NCBI GenBank assembly: GCA_963665125.2
Contig: CAXXUK010000002.1
Location: 576,001-640,000, forward strand
Direction: 5' to 3'
From: an uncultured Desulfarculus sp.
GTDB taxonomy: Bacteria > Desulfobacterota > Desulfarculia > Desulfarculales > Desulfarculaceae
Length of the DNA: 64,000 nt
Shown: piece by piece, positions 46,436 through 56,968 of the stretch
Numbering within the stretch: position 1 is the stretch's first letter
Layout: every line of letters starts with the position of its first letter
Position numbers and translations under genes: made by a program
Notes under the pieces: model-generated
What the model saw: only the letters and a program-made list of their open reading frames with translations
Database searches by the model: none
What the model was told of the DNA's origin: nothing

Positions 46436-46707
46436 TCAGTTGCGTCTTGCCTGTGGTCTCCTGAGAAGTTCATAAATATTCAATCATAGATCCTTAAAAT
46501 TATGATGGGTAATAACGCCTATAAATCAGTGAGTTATGGTTGGATAAATACAGTAATAATAATTATAACAAATAACTATTGGATATTTCGGGTGGAAAAT
46601 TCAATATTGGCTAATGCAGTATATTTAAAAAGGCTTTTTTCGGTTAGTAGCACCTCGCAGGGTTATGGCTTTTTCGCAACTTTGAAGAGCCAGCTAAGGA
46701 GAAAGTT

Positions 46708-48615
46708 ATGTCCTTTGGCAACATGAAATTAAACCAGAAACTTTACTCCGGCTTTGGGCTGCTGTTAGTCCTTTTAATAACAGTCGGTTCGATAGCTTGG
46801 GTTGAATTCGGCAGTGCTGAACTGGGCTTCAAGGAGTATCGCGGACTTGCCCGGGACACCAACCTCGCCGGGCGGTTGCAGGCCAACATGCTCATGGTCC
46901 GGATGAACGTCAAGGACTTCATCATCACCGCCAGCGAAAAAGACAAACAAGAATATGCGGAATATGTAAAAAAGATGCAGCAATTCCTGGATGAGGCCAG
47001 GGGGCAAATCAAAAACCCCCAGCGGGCGGCCATGATCCAGCAGGTTGATTCCCAGGTCAAAGATTATGAAAAGGCCTTCGGAGAGGTCGTAAAGCTTCAG
47101 AACCACCGCAATGACTTGGTAATCAACACCCTCAATGTCAAGGGGCCGGAAATGGAGCGGCTCTTGACCAAGATCATGGAATCAGCCTATGGCGACCAGG
47201 ATGCCGAAGCCGCTTTTTACGCCGGCAAGGCCCTGCGCTCGCTGTTGCTGGCCCGGCTTTACGTGGTCAAGTTCCTCGATGACAACAGCAAGAAATCGGC
47301 GGAACGGGTGAACAAGGAATTCTCCGACTTTTCCAAGGAACTTGAGGAACTCACGACCCGGATCGAAAACCCGGAACGGCAAAAGATGGTTGCCGAACTC
47401 AATGCCCGCGACGACGCCTACCTCGAGGCATTTGTCGGCCTGACCAAAACCATCTGGCAGCGCGATGAAATCATCACCAAGAGCCTGGATGTCATCGGAC
47501 CAAAGGTCGCCAAACTGGTCGAAGACGTCAAACTTTCGATAAAGGCCGAGCAGGACGCCCTGGGGCCCAAGCTCCAGGCCAGCAACGAGCAGGCCAAGAT
47601 CGTTATCCTGATCCTTTCCGCCGCGGCCATGGTTTTTGGCATTTTCTTGAGCTGGATTATCGCCCGCAGCATCACCAGGCCCATCCAGAGGGTCATCGCG
47701 GGGCTCAACGAAGGCGCCCAACAGGTTGCCGCCGCCTCGAGCCAGTTGGCCGGCGCCAGTCAATCCCTGGCCGAGGGCTCGTCCGAGCAGGCCGCGTCGC
47801 TGGAAGAGACCAGCAGCTCCATGGAGGAGATGGGCTCCATGACCAGCAAAAACGCCGAAAATGCCGGGGAAGCAAATATCCTTTCACAGCAGGCCAAGCA
47901 GGTGGTCACCCAGGCCAACGAAGCCATGGCCGAACTGATCAAATCCATTGACGATATTGCCAAGGCCAGCGAGGAAACCGGCAAGATCATCAAGACCATC
48001 GACGAAATATCCTTCCAGACCAACTTGTTGGCCCTTAACGCGGCGGTCGAGGCGGCCAGGGCCGGCGAAGCGGGAGCAGGATTCGCCGTGGTGGCCGACG
48101 AGGTCCGCAACCTGGCCATGCGGGCGGCCGAGGCGGCCAAGGGGACCGCCAGCCTTATCGAAGGCACCATTGAAAAGACCAAGCATGGCAGCGAACTGGT
48201 CAACAAAACCAACGAGACCTTCCTTGAGGTTGCCGAGTCGACGGTCAAAGTTGGTGAGTTGGTCGGTGAGATCGCCGCGGCGTCCACCGAGCAGGCTGAA
48301 GGCATACGCCAGGTGAATATGGCGCTGGCCGAGATGGACAAGGTGACCCAGCTAAACGCCGCAAATGCCGAACAGTCGGCATCGGCCAGCGAGGAACTCA
48401 GCGGCCAGGCCGCCAGCGTTCGGGTCTTTGTTGACGATCTGACAGCCCTTGTCGGCTATAGGGGCGCCAACGGTTCACAGGAGTACCTGGAGACCAAGAC
48501 GCAACACAGCCAACCAGCAAAAAAAGCGACCAAGCCCAATTTGGCTTTACCCAAATCCACTGTAATAAGCGCTCCCCCTTCTGAAGATGATGATGGAGAT
48601 TTCGTCAACTTCTAG
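46708..48615 (+). CDS. Methyl-accepting chemotaxis protein with large helical periplasmic sensor (HBM-like)
   Basis: TM1, ~270-aa helical periplasmic region, TM2, [27 protein letters not shown]-terminal DFVNF. Confidence 0.95.
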   Translation: MSFGNMKLNQKLYSGFGLLLVLLITVGSIAWVEFGSAELGFKEYRGLARDTNLAGRLQANMLMVRMNVKDFIITASEKDKQEYAEYVKKMQQFLDEARGQIKNPQRAAMIQQVDSQVKDYEKAFGEVVKLQNHRNDLVINTLNVKGPEMERLLTKIMESAYGDQDAEAAFYAGKALRSLLLARLYVVKFLDDNSKKSAERVNKEFSDFSKELEELTTRIENPERQKMVAELNARDDAYLEAFVGLTKTIWQRDEIITKSLDVIGPKVAKLVEDVKLSIKAEQDALGPKLQASNEQAKIVILILSAAAMVFGIFLSWIIARSITRPIQRVIAGLNEGAQQVAAASSQLAGASQSLAEGSSEQAASLEETSSSMEEMGSMTSKNAENAGEANILSQQAKQVVTQANEAMAELIKSIDDIAKASEETGKIIKTIDEISFQTNLLALNAAVEAARAGEAGAGFAVVADEVRNLAMRAAEAAKGTASLIEGTIEKTKHGSELVNKTNETFLEVAESTVKVGELVGEIAAASTEQAEGIRQVNMALAEMDKVTQLNAANAEQSASASEELSGQAASVRVFVDDLTALVGYRGANGSQEYLETKTQHSQPAKKATKPNLALPKSTVISAPPSEDDDGDFVNF

Positions 48616-48622
48616 ACAATGC

Positions 48623-48662
48623 CGCCCCACAGAGCCCTAGCCGCTCTGTGGGGCGCTTTTTT
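48623..48662 (+). terminator. Intrinsic terminator
   Basis: CGCCCCACAGAGC...GCTCTGTGGGGCG followed by T-tract. Confidence 0.85.
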
Positions 48663-48805
48663 GCCATTTGCCCATCGGCTTGTTAATTTCCCTCTGTAAA
48701 AATTGACGTCTCTGCATGCAAAGGTTTGATGCCGGGCGCGCCCATGCCCTTGGTGGCTGTTATAATTTGTGCGCTTGTCGACAAGAAAGGAATGCGGGTA
48801 TTGCT

Positions 48806-50191
48806 TTGATCGCCGGGAATCAAAACGTCTCCAAAAGGGCGGTGTTGTGGGCGGCCTGTCTTACGTCGTTCATCGGCCCGTTCATGATCTCGGCGGTAAA
48901 CGTGGGCCTGCCCCAGATCCAACACGAGTTTGCGGCGGGCGCCTTTGAGCTGGGCTGGATCAGCATGATCTACATGCTGTCCTACGGTGCGCTGATGGTT
49001 CCCCTGGCCAAGCTCTGCGACATTTACGGTCGCCGCCGCACCTTTTTCTGGGGCCTGGCGGCCATCGCCGTATCCCTGGTCGGATCGGCGCTGGCCTGGT
49101 CCCTTGCGGTGCTGATGGCCTCGCGGCTTTTGAGCGGCGTGGGCGCGGCCATGATCACCGTATCTGGCGTGCCCATGGTCGTGTCGGTTCACGAGCCGTC
49201 GGAGCGGGGCCGGGCAATCGGCTTCATCACCGCCGCGGTCTACACCGGCCTCACTGCCGGGCCGTTTTTGGGTGGCCTGCTGGTGGAGGCCTGGGGCTGG
49301 CGCTCGATTTTTTGGGCCAGCGCCTTGCCCAGCCTGTTTTGCATGTGGCTGGCCGCCACCAAAATCAAGGCCGAGTGGACCGTGGAGCCCAAGGGGCCCT
49401 TTGACATCCTGGGCAGCGTGCTGTTCAGCGCGTCGCTGGCCCTGGGCATCTACGGCGGGCCGGAGCTGCCGGGCGTTCGGGGCTGGGTCTGCGTGGGCCT
49501 GGCCGCCGTGGGGCTGATGTGGTTTGTCTTTCAGGAGCTGGACGCCGTTGACCCGGTTTTCGAGGTGCGACTGTTCAGCCACAACCGGCTGTTTACATTC
49601 GCCAGCCTGGCCCACTTCATCAATTACGCGGCCACCATCTCGATCATCTTTTTGCTGAGCCTGTACCTGCAATTCGGCAAGGGACTTTCGCCCCAGGCCG
49701 CCGGGCTGGTGCTGGCCATTCAACCGGCCATCCAGGTCATCGTCGCCCCGCTGTCCGGGCGGCTATCCGACCGCATCGGCGCGGGCATCCCGGCATCGGC
49801 TGGCATGGCCCTCATCGCCGTCGGCCTGGGCTTTTTGGCCATATTAGATCAAAACAGCAGCCTGAACCTGATCATCGCCTGCCAGATCGGCCTGGGACTG
49901 GGCTACGGCCTGTTCACCACGCCCAACATGAGCGCCATCATGGGCTCGGTGAGCCAGGACCACTTCAGCGAGGCCTCGGCAGCCGTGGGCACCCTGCGGC
50001 TCAGCGGCGCGGTGGTCTCCATGGCCGTGGCGACCATGCTCATATCGCTGTTCATGGGCCGGGCCGAGATCACGGCCCATTCGTTCCCCGAGTTTTTGCG
50101 GGCCATGCAGACGGCATTCGCCCTGTTCTGCGGCCTGAGCGTGCTGGGGCTGTTCTTCTCCCTGGCCAGGGGCCGGGGCCAGGCGGCCTAG
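48806..50191 (+). CDS. MFS transporter, DHA2 (14-TM) type
   Basis: KLCDIYGRRR, ERGRAIG, GPFLGGLL...WGWRSIF, GRLSDRIG; start estimated. Confidence 0.9.
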   Translation: MIAGNQNVSKRAVLWAACLTSFIGPFMISAVNVGLPQIQHEFAAGAFELGWISMIYMLSYGALMVPLAKLCDIYGRRRTFFWGLAAIAVSLVGSALAWSLAVLMASRLLSGVGAAMITVSGVPMVVSVHEPSERGRAIGFITAAVYTGLTAGPFLGGLLVEAWGWRSIFWASALPSLFCMWLAATKIKAEWTVEPKGPFDILGSVLFSASLALGIYGGPELPGVRGWVCVGLAAVGLMWFVFQELDAVDPVFEVRLFSHNRLFTFASLAHFINYAATISIIFLLSLYLQFGKGLSPQAAGLVLAIQPAIQVIVAPLSGRLSDRIGAGIPASAGMALIAVGLGFLAILDQNSSLNLIIACQIGLGLGYGLFTTPNMSAIMGSVSQDHFSEASAAVGTLRLSGAVVSMAVATMLISLFMGRAEITAHSFPEFLRAMQTAFALFCGLSVLGLFFSLARGRGQAA

Positions 50192-50467
50192 CAGCACCTT
50201 CCAATGGCCCGAATGATCCGCGCATGCGCTTGCGGCATAACAATCAAGAGCGCCGGCATGGCGCGCCGAAATACGAGCTTGACCGGAAATATCAGGGTGG
50301 GACACTATACTTAATGGGCTTACGAAAAATCGTGCGTGGGGCACCGCCGCCGCCTGTGGAACAATGCGCCGCTTAAACGCATACCGGCAGGAGCCAAGGT
50401 CGCTTCGTTACGCTTCAACGCGCGGAACCACCCAGAGACTATCTTCCCCGCATAAGGAGGACATGAC

Positions 50468-50854
50468 ATGTCTCGATTAGTAAAAGCAAGTGTTTTTGCA
50501 GCCTTGTCGGCAGCCTGCTTGTGCTTGACCGCACTGCCGGTGGTGGCGTCGTGCGTCTACAACCATACTCAGCACACGGTTCACGCTGAACTGGACTGCG
50601 GCATATTTTGCGACAGCACCTGGTACATCTCAAAAGGCGATAACAAATGCCGACCCGGCAAGGGCGGCACGGTGTACATCAACATAGGCCAATTGAAAAA
50701 TCCCGACTTCTGGTGCGCAGACGAGTGCAAGGTCAAGGTAGACGACCATGGTTGGGTCTCCGTGACTCAGGACGGCGACAGGTTCACCACCACCAGCAAG
50801 CACGCCGACGGCTCGGTGCGGGAAAAGTGCACCGTTAAAAAGTACAGCGAGTGA
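50468..50854 (+). CDS. Secreted Cys-rich hypothetical protein
   Basis: AAGGAGG RBS, signal peptide, 7 Cys in mature part (SCVYNHT...). Confidence 0.8.
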   Translation: MSRLVKASVFAALSAACLCLTALPVVASCVYNHTQHTVHAELDCGIFCDSTWYISKGDNKCRPGKGGTVYINIGQLKNPDFWCADECKVKVDDHGWVSVTQDGDRFTTTSKHADGSVREKCTVKKYSE

Positions 50855-50938
50855 TCGTACAACCGGGCGGCGGCCCCGTGCCGGCGACCAAGCATGATAG
50901 TTAAGGCGCTGCAACCCATTGCAACACCTTGAGCATTT

Positions 50939-52204
50939 TCAGGCCTCTTCTCCCCCCGACGCGGCCGCCTTGGCCTTTTCCCGTTTGACCTTGTCGATCT
51001 CCCTGCTGACCTTGACGCCCCTGGTGCGCAGCGAATACCAGATCAGGCGTTTGCGGTCCATGACAAAGAAGCGCTTGCCGTATTTGCGCAGGGCCGCCGG
51101 GTCGATCTCAATGCCCAGGCCGGGCAGGGTCGGCACGTCCAGTATGCCGCCGTTATGGGTGAAGGGCTGGGCCAGCACGCCGTCCCGGGCCTCGATGGTC
51201 CAACCGGGCGGGTTGTAGGGGTATTCCAGTTCCTTTTCATCGGCGAACCCGCTGGCGGCCATGAGTTGCAGGTTCACGGCGAATCCGAACCCGTTGGTCC
51301 AGGTGTGGGGCGAGTATTTGAGCCCGTGCTCCCGGCACAGCTTGATCACCTCCATGGTCTGGGCAATGCCGCCGGTGAACATGGCGTCGGGCTGGAAAAC
51401 GTCATAACAGCGGCGTTGGATCATCATCTTCAGTTCGGGCAGGGCGCTGGTGTGCAGTTCGCCGCCGGAGATGGGCACCTTGCTGTAGGTGCACAGGGCC
51501 GTCAGTTCGTCGTAGTCGTCCATGGCCAGGGGCTCCTCCAGCCACGCCACGCCCGCGTCGGCGCAGGCGTCGGCAAAGCGCTTGGCCCGGTCCAGATCCC
51601 ATTTTGGCGCGTCGCCGATGACCGTGACCCGCCAGGCCTGGTTGGCGTCCACTCCGATCTTCATCTTGTGGCCCACGGCCTTGGCCGTCTGGACCACCTG
51701 CTCGATGTCCTGGCGCTCGTCAAAGGCGTGGACCCGCAGCTTGATGGCCCGGAAGCCCTCGTCATAGCGGGCCTCGGCCTCCTCGATTCGCCGGGCCGGG
51801 TCCTTGACCTCGCCGGTGGAGGCGTAGAGCTTGATGGGCCGAGGCGCGCCGCCGAGCATCTCGCACACCGGCTTGCCCGCCTTTTTGCCCAGGATGTCCC
51901 AGATGGCCGGTTCGATCCACCAGTTGCGCCAGCCCAGGTAGGCCACCTCCCGCAGGCGCTGCTGGATCAGGGCCACGTCAACCGCCTCGCCCAGCATGTA
52001 GGGCCCCAGCAGTTCGCCCAGGCCCTCCCGTTCCTTGCCCATGCAGATTCCGGCGCTGTAGCCCTCCACGCCGTCGTCGTCGATTAGTTTTAACAGGGTG
52101 AAGTGGTTGGCCGTCTGGGGCAGGCCGGGAATCCAACTGGGGTAAAACGGCGCCGGGGTGGGCACCTTGACGTGATACAGTTCGATACGGGCGATTTTGC
52201 TCAT
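50939..52204 (-). CDS. Mandelate racemase / muconate lactonizing enzyme family (enolase superfamily)
   Basis: AIWDILGKKAGKPVCEMLGG, KLR, VDANQ, WLEEP, GGE, QPD, PGLGIE. Confidence 0.9.
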   Translation of the reverse strand: MSKIARIELYHVKVPTPAPFYPSWIPGLPQTANHFTLLKLIDDDGVEGYSAGICMGKEREGLGELLGPYMLGEAVDVALIQQRLREVAYLGWRNWWIEPAIWDILGKKAGKPVCEMLGGAPRPIKLYASTGEVKDPARRIEEAEARYDEGFRAIKLRVHAFDERQDIEQVVQTAKAVGHKMKIGVDANQAWRVTVIGDAPKWDLDRAKRFADACADAGVAWLEEPLAMDDYDELTALCTYSKVPISGGELHTSALPELKMMIQRRCYDVFQPDAMFTGGIAQTMEVIKLCREHGLKYSPHTWTNGFGFAVNLQLMAASGFADEKELEYPYNPPGWTIEARDGVLAQPFTHNGGILDVPTLPGLGIEIDPAALRKYGKRFFVMDRKRLIWYSLRTRGVKVSREIDKVKREKAKAAASGGEEA

Positions 52205-52464
52205 TTTTTACCTCCGCAATCAACAGGGCAAACCGGCAAACTGGTCGGTGGTGCGGGTTGAGGTGGCCGGAGAATGGGGCTAAGGCAGGGTAGCAATTTT
52301 TGGGGCCGCAAGTCTAGATTGTCTGTGGGGAGTCGGGTCTGGGGGATCAAAAGACTCCGCCCCGGTCCGCCGCTGCGTCCGAGGTGAGTCCGGCCTTTTA
52401 TGGCCTCGGCAAGGTTGCCGTGATTAGGTAGGTTGGGTGTCTCAAGTTGGACTTCGTTCTCCTG

Positions 52465-52617
52465 TTAGGGTGCGATCACCACCGGGACGAAGGGTCTCAC
52501 CACAACGGCCGGGGGCCTCACCACAACACCGGGTCCGTGCTTCTTGGGCGCCACCACGCATCCGGCCAGGGCCATCATGCTGATCAGCAGCATCGCAGCG
52601 GTTATCCTGGTCCACAT
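52465..52617 (-). CDS. 50-aa Val/Pro-rich lipoprotein (not in ORF track)
   Basis: AAAGGAGG RBS; MWTRITAAMLLISMMALAGCVVAPKKHGPGVVVRPPAVVVRPFVPVVIAP with LAGC lipobox. Confidence 0.75.
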   Translation of the reverse strand: MWTRITAAMLLISMMALAGCVVAPKKHGPGVVVRPPAVVVRPFVPVVIAP

Positions 52618-52641
52618 CTGCTTCTTCCTCCTTTGATGTTA

Positions 52642-52935
52642 TTACCAGCGCCAGTGCGGGCGGTTCCAGCAATGGCGGTCACAATACCAGGGGCGCGGGG
52701 CCGGGGCATAGGGCCTGTACACCGGGCGGTATGGCATGGGCGCCGGGCGCACATACACCGGAACCGGAACGGGCCTGGGAGCCGGCGGGGCAAAATAACC
52801 GGGCAGGGGCACAACCACGGCGGGTGGAGCGAATACCACGACGGGGGGGCGGTGGTGCCGGGCCTCGGCCTGGGCCGGAGCCAATGCCGCCAGGGCGGTC
52901 AGCGCGGCCAGGGTAATGAACACTATCCTCTTCAT
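52642..52935 (-). CDS. Secreted Pro-rich small protein
   Basis: AAGGAGG RBS; MKRIVFITLAALTALAALAPAQAEA then Pro/Val/Tyr-rich region ending HCWNRPHWRW. Confidence 0.75.
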   Translation of the reverse strand: MKRIVFITLAALTALAALAPAQAEARHHRPPVVVFAPPAVVVPLPGYFAPPAPRPVPVPVYVRPAPMPYRPVYRPYAPAPRPWYCDRHCWNRPHWRW

Positions 52936-52963
52936 GAGAGTCCTCCTTTTTTCGTCACCGCCG

Positions 52964-53392
52964 TTAGTAGCGGCGCCGTGAGCGGTCGAATATAGTCCGC
53001 AACTGCTGGAACCTGTCGCGGCCCAATATCTTGCGCACCTGGACCAGGAACTGGGACTTTTCCTGGGCAATGGCAGTCTGGGCCCGGCCGAGCCTGGCAT
53101 ATTGCTTGTCCACGGCCTGCTCGTTGAGAGGCCTGCTGTTCATCAGCTTGTCCAGGGTCAGCTTGGCCTGCTCTATTTCGTTGCGGTGGCGGATAACCCG
53201 CTGCTGCATCTGAAAATGAAGCTGGTCGAGCTGCTGAATTTCAGATTGGCTCAGGTGCAGCTGCCCGGCGATCTGGGGCGCTCGCCACCACTTGCCCCTG
53301 GGTCCGCCGTTTTGACCGGCCAGAGCCGGGCAGGCCATAAGGACCACGGCCACCCATGCAGCCAATATCGATATCCACTTTCTGCCTAACAT
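52964..53392 (-). CDS. Spy/CpxP/ZraP-like periplasmic protein
   Basis: Signal peptide, KWWRAPQIAGQLHLSQSEIQQL, VRKILGRDRFQQL (LTxxQ-like). Confidence 0.8.
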   Translation of the reverse strand: MLGRKWISILAAWVAVVLMACPALAGQNGGPRGKWWRAPQIAGQLHLSQSEIQQLDQLHFQMQQRVIRHRNEIEQAKLTLDKLMNSRPLNEQAVDKQYARLGRAQTAIAQEKSQFLVQVRKILGRDRFQQLRTIFDRSRRRY

Positions 53393-53919
53393 GGCGTCCT
53401 CCCAGCCTGACATTGTGAAGTTGTTTCATCGAGATCCGGCGCGACGAAGTCCAGAAAATCCTGGTCGCTCAAGGTGTCGTCGTCGGCCATTATATATTCG
53501 TCAAAGTTGCTGAAGGCCTCTTCGGGCTCCCAGAAAAGATCATCGTTTATGGTCACCTCTTCAAGCGCCGCGATTTCCACGACCGCCTGGGCCGGGGCCT
53601 GGGGCGGCTGGTCCGTGGGCAACAGGGCCAGGACCAGGGCGGCGGCCGCGGCCAGGCTGCCGGCGATCACCGTGCTCCACATTGTCCGGCTGCGGGCCGG
53701 ACGGGAGGGCTCTGCGGCAAAGGATGCCGGCCGGGGCGGCACCTCGATGGTGTCGGCGGCCATTTCGGCCAGGCCGCCAAGCTCGGCTTCCAGGGCCTGG
53801 ACCTTGTTCCGGCATTCCTGGCAGCCTCGCAGGTGCAGCCGGATCTCCGCGGCGGCCTCGGGGCCGTCCACCACTGCCTGGATCAGCTGGTCTTCGGTAA
53901 GGTGTGTGGTGTTGCTCAT
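53386..53919 (-). CDS. Zinc-binding anti-sigma factor (membrane)
   Basis: HLRGCQEC (HxxxCxxC), single TM, follows ECF sigma. Confidence 0.85.
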   Translation of the reverse strand: MSNTTHLTEDQLIQAVVDGPEAAAEIRLHLRGCQECRNKVQALEAELGGLAEMAADTIEVPPRPASFAAEPSRPARSRTMWSTVIAGSLAAAAALVLALLPTDQPPQAPAQAVVEIAALEEVTINDDLFWEPEEAFSNFDEYIMADDDTLSDQDFLDFVAPDLDETTSQCQAGRTPC

Positions 53920-54524
53920 GCTTCACCTCTTAATACTTGCAATAATTGCTTGTCGCCCTTGAACTTGGCCACGGCCCGGTAAAGTTGGGTCTTCACCGCG
54001 CTTTCGCTGCGGTCAAGGGCCTGGGCGGTTTCGCGTATGCTCAGCCCGTCTATAAAGCGCATGGTGAAGGCCTCGCGTTCGCCCTGGGCCAAACCGGCGC
54101 AAAAATCGTTGACCTTGGTCCAGAACTGGCCCTTGAACACGCCGTCCACGGCGCGATCATCTCCGGCGGGCGAGTCGGGCTCGGGCGTGTTGGCCTCGGC
54201 CTCGCCCAGGGGACTCATGATCGAACGCACACCCCGCCTGCGGTAATGATCCCGCACCAGGTTCATGGCGATGCTGTAGAGCCAGCTCTTGAAGCTGGCC
54301 GCCTCGCCCAGGCCGCCGATAGCGGAGAATGCCTTGACGAACACCTCCTGGGAGATGTCTTCGGCATCCATTGTTGAGCCTGTGCGGTAGCAAACCATGC
54401 GGTAAATATCTCCCCAGAATATGTCCACCAGCTTATCAAAGGCCTTTGCGTCACCTTTGCGGGCCTTTCGGGCCAATGCCGCGACCAGATTCAGCTCTTG
54501 CGTAATGTTGGCATCAGCACCCAC
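53916..54524 (-). CDS. ECF sigma factor
   Basis: GDAKAFDKLV, DAEDISQEVF, FKSWLYSIAMN, GLSIRETA...VKTQLYRA. Confidence 0.95.
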   Translation of the reverse strand: MGADANITQELNLVAALARKARKGDAKAFDKLVDIFWGDIYRMVCYRTGSTMDAEDISQEVFVKAFSAIGGLGEAASFKSWLYSIAMNLVRDHYRRRGVRSIMSPLGEAEANTPEPDSPAGDDRAVDGVFKGQFWTKVNDFCAGLAQGEREAFTMRFIDGLSIRETAQALDRSESAVKTQLYRAVAKFKGDKQLLQVLRGEA

Positions 54525-54789
54525 TGGAGGTCATCGCATTCCGGTTTAGGTTGACATCACGAGCCGCTATACGGGCGGCTTCTGACTGTTAAGACGAACC
54601 ACCGGCCTTGTTGGTCTACATTTTTTTGATTTAATTCCCGCCATCGGTATCCTGGTAACAATTTAACAAAAATAGGCATCAATTTGTTCAGCCTGAGGCA
54701 TAATGTGCCTGATTGTCTACAATGGTTGGCCGCCCCGGCTGGTGGCAATTTTCCAACCCGGCAGGGTAACTCATTGCTGAGGAGAGAAG

Positions 54790-55980
54790 ATGCGCTCCAG
54801 ATGCTGTCACGGATGGTTGAGCGGCATGCTTCCGGTCTTGGTCTTGGCATGCCTGGCCGCCGGCCCGGCCTTTGCCCAGGTCTCCCTTAGTACGCCGGAA
54901 AAGATTAATTACATTGAGGGGTCCATCAGACGGGCCAATGAAACCATGGCCAAGGGGGAAACGGACAAGGCCAGGTATTGGCTGCTGGCCGCCACCGGGC
55001 TGGTGGGCGAAGTGGCCGAGGAGTCCATGCCCTTTGACAACCGGCGGAGGGCGGTCAACGCCTTTATGGCTGCCTGCGACAAGGCCTGGCCCGGGGCCGG
55101 CCCCAAACAGGACGAGGCCAGGATGCAGGCCTGGACCCGGCAGGTCGCCCAGGACAAGCAGAGGCTGCTGGAGCTTGCCGGAGAGTTCAACCTGAGCCCG
55201 CCGCCTGAGGACCGATGGGAATATTGGAAAAGGGTGACCACGGTCATGGTCCTGGAGAAGGAGGCCATTGGTTTGGGTTACAAGCTCTGCGCCGATGCCC
55301 CATCGCCGGATTATTTCCTGACCAACAAAGACCTGTTGCGGCAGTTCTCGCCCGTGTTCAGGGCCATGTTCGACATCACCTATGGTTCGGCCCTGGCCCG
55401 GTGGCACGCCAGGACCCGGGTGGCCAGGGATGTGGCCTACGAGGCCCTGATCAAAATGATTCGTGCCGGTGAAACCAATGACGTTATGGTCATCGGGGAA
55501 AATCTGGAAATCGCCCGGGAAGCCATCGACACCCTGGCCATGATAGACGCCCAGAACCCGGACCTGCCGGAGCTCAGGGAAAAGATGAAAAACTCTCTGG
55601 AGCGCCTGAAAAAGCTCTATGGCGAGCAGGTGCCCCAAAACCGCATGCCCGGCGACAACTACAAAGGCGCCGACAAACAGGCCCTTGTTAACGAGGCCTC
55701 CGAATTATACAAGAAGCGCTTTTCCGACGAAGAGATTGTGTTGGTCAAGGTGCCCAGCCAGGCCTGGGCCGAGGCCTGGGAAGGCTGGTGGGAAGACGAC
55801 GCTTGGCGCACGGCCTACGCCGGATACGTGGATGTGGCCTTTGCCGCCAAGGGCAAGGACGGCCTGGAGCGGGTCTACCTGGAGCGCTTTCGCCGCACCC
55901 GCAACGCCGACGGCTGGAGCCCCATGCGTCATTGGCGCAACATCGCCTGCTATCGCATTCTACCGGAAAACATAAACTAA
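54790..55980 (+). CDS. Secreted hypothetical protein
   Basis: GAGGAG RBS, signal peptide ending PAFA, 396-aa ORF, terminator at about 56011-56047. Confidence 0.75.
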   Translation: MRSRCCHGWLSGMLPVLVLACLAAGPAFAQVSLSTPEKINYIEGSIRRANETMAKGETDKARYWLLAATGLVGEVAEESMPFDNRRRAVNAFMAACDKAWPGAGPKQDEARMQAWTRQVAQDKQRLLELAGEFNLSPPPEDRWEYWKRVTTVMVLEKEAIGLGYKLCADAPSPDYFLTNKDLLRQFSPVFRAMFDITYGSALARWHARTRVARDVAYEALIKMIRAGETNDVMVIGENLEIAREAIDTLAMIDAQNPDLPELREKMKNSLERLKKLYGEQVPQNRMPGDNYKGADKQALVNEASELYKKRFSDEEIVLVKVPSQAWAEAWEGWWEDDAWRTAYAGYVDVAFAAKGKDGLERVYLERFRRTRNADGWSPMRHWRNIACYRILPENIN

Positions 55981-56155
55981 CTAGCTAATAATTAATAAAC
56001 AATTAAAGATCGGGCCGCTCTGTCGTTCAGGGTGGCCCGGGTTTTTTGACCTTGTTGTGGACCATTGGAGGTCCAGGCGCGTCTGAAAAATCAACGAATG
56101 CATGCCGGCCGGCTGCCAATACTTTGAGCACAAGCTTTAACCTTGGAGGGCAGCA

Positions 56156-56896
56156 ATGCTTAGGAAGAAGATGCGCATAGTGTTTATGGCGGCTTTGGCT
56201 TTTTGTCTTGTCGGGGCCATGGGAGCCCAGGCGGCCCAGGCGGCAAAGCTCTTGCACCGCGGCCAGAATGTGATCCACACCCGCTGCGGCAATCCTGCCA
56301 ACCCTGTAATTCTGGAAGTGACCGCCCCCCGCATGACGAACCTGCCCGGCCCCTGCGTGCTGGTGGTAAGGCCCAACTGCCCGGCCGGAGTTTGCCACCC
56401 CGGCAATATCGTGGTGAGAGTTATCCACCGGTTTGCCAATCAGCGCCCGGTGCAGGTTTTTCTGCGGCCCATCCGGCCCCGCCACCGCTGCAATCTGACA
56501 GTGCTGCACATCAACCGGCCGGTTTACGCCAACCCTTGCGCCAACCCCTGTGTCAGGCCTTGCGTCCGGCCCTGCACCCACCCGGTCCCGCCCGTGGCCA
56601 TCGTGCCCACGCCGCCCCGCAGGCCCAACTGGCCCCACCGTCCGGTTCATCCTGATTGGGTAAACCCCGTCGGTCCGCCCGTGCCGCCCGTCCCCGGCCC
56701 CCTGGTGGACCCCTTTCCGCCCAGCGGCAGCACTGACGACGATATCGTGGCTCTGGCGCCCGATCACCTGGAGCCCAACACCAATCTGCCGGAACTGGGC
56801 AGCGATGCCCTGAATCAGGGTGAAATAGCTCCCAACCCCGGCATCGATATCAGCAACCCCACCTTGGGTCACGGCACTCCGGTCATCCCCAACTAG
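56156..56896 (+). CDS. Secreted Pro/Cys-rich hypothetical protein
   Basis: GGAGG RBS, signal peptide, ANPCANPCVRPCVRPC repeats, acidic Pro-rich tail; terminator at about 56925-56955. Confidence 0.7.
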   Translation: MLRKKMRIVFMAALAFCLVGAMGAQAAQAAKLLHRGQNVIHTRCGNPANPVILEVTAPRMTNLPGPCVLVVRPNCPAGVCHPGNIVVRVIHRFANQRPVQVFLRPIRPRHRCNLTVLHINRPVYANPCANPCVRPCVRPCTHPVPPVAIVPTPPRRPNWPHRPVHPDWVNPVGPPVPPVPGPLVDPFPPSGSTDDDIVALAPDHLEPNTNLPELGSDALNQGEIAPNPGIDISNPTLGHGTPVIPN

Positions 56897-56968
56897 CCGC
56901 CCCAAGGTTCCCTCCCCCACCCCGGGGTCCGGCCACAGCGCCGGGCCCTTTTCCTATTTTCTTGCACC

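Noticed and set aside
46436..46707. AT-rich stretch with a 74-aa ORF, possible foreign DNA
   Set aside because: Best explained as the MCP promoter region; ORF lacks coding features
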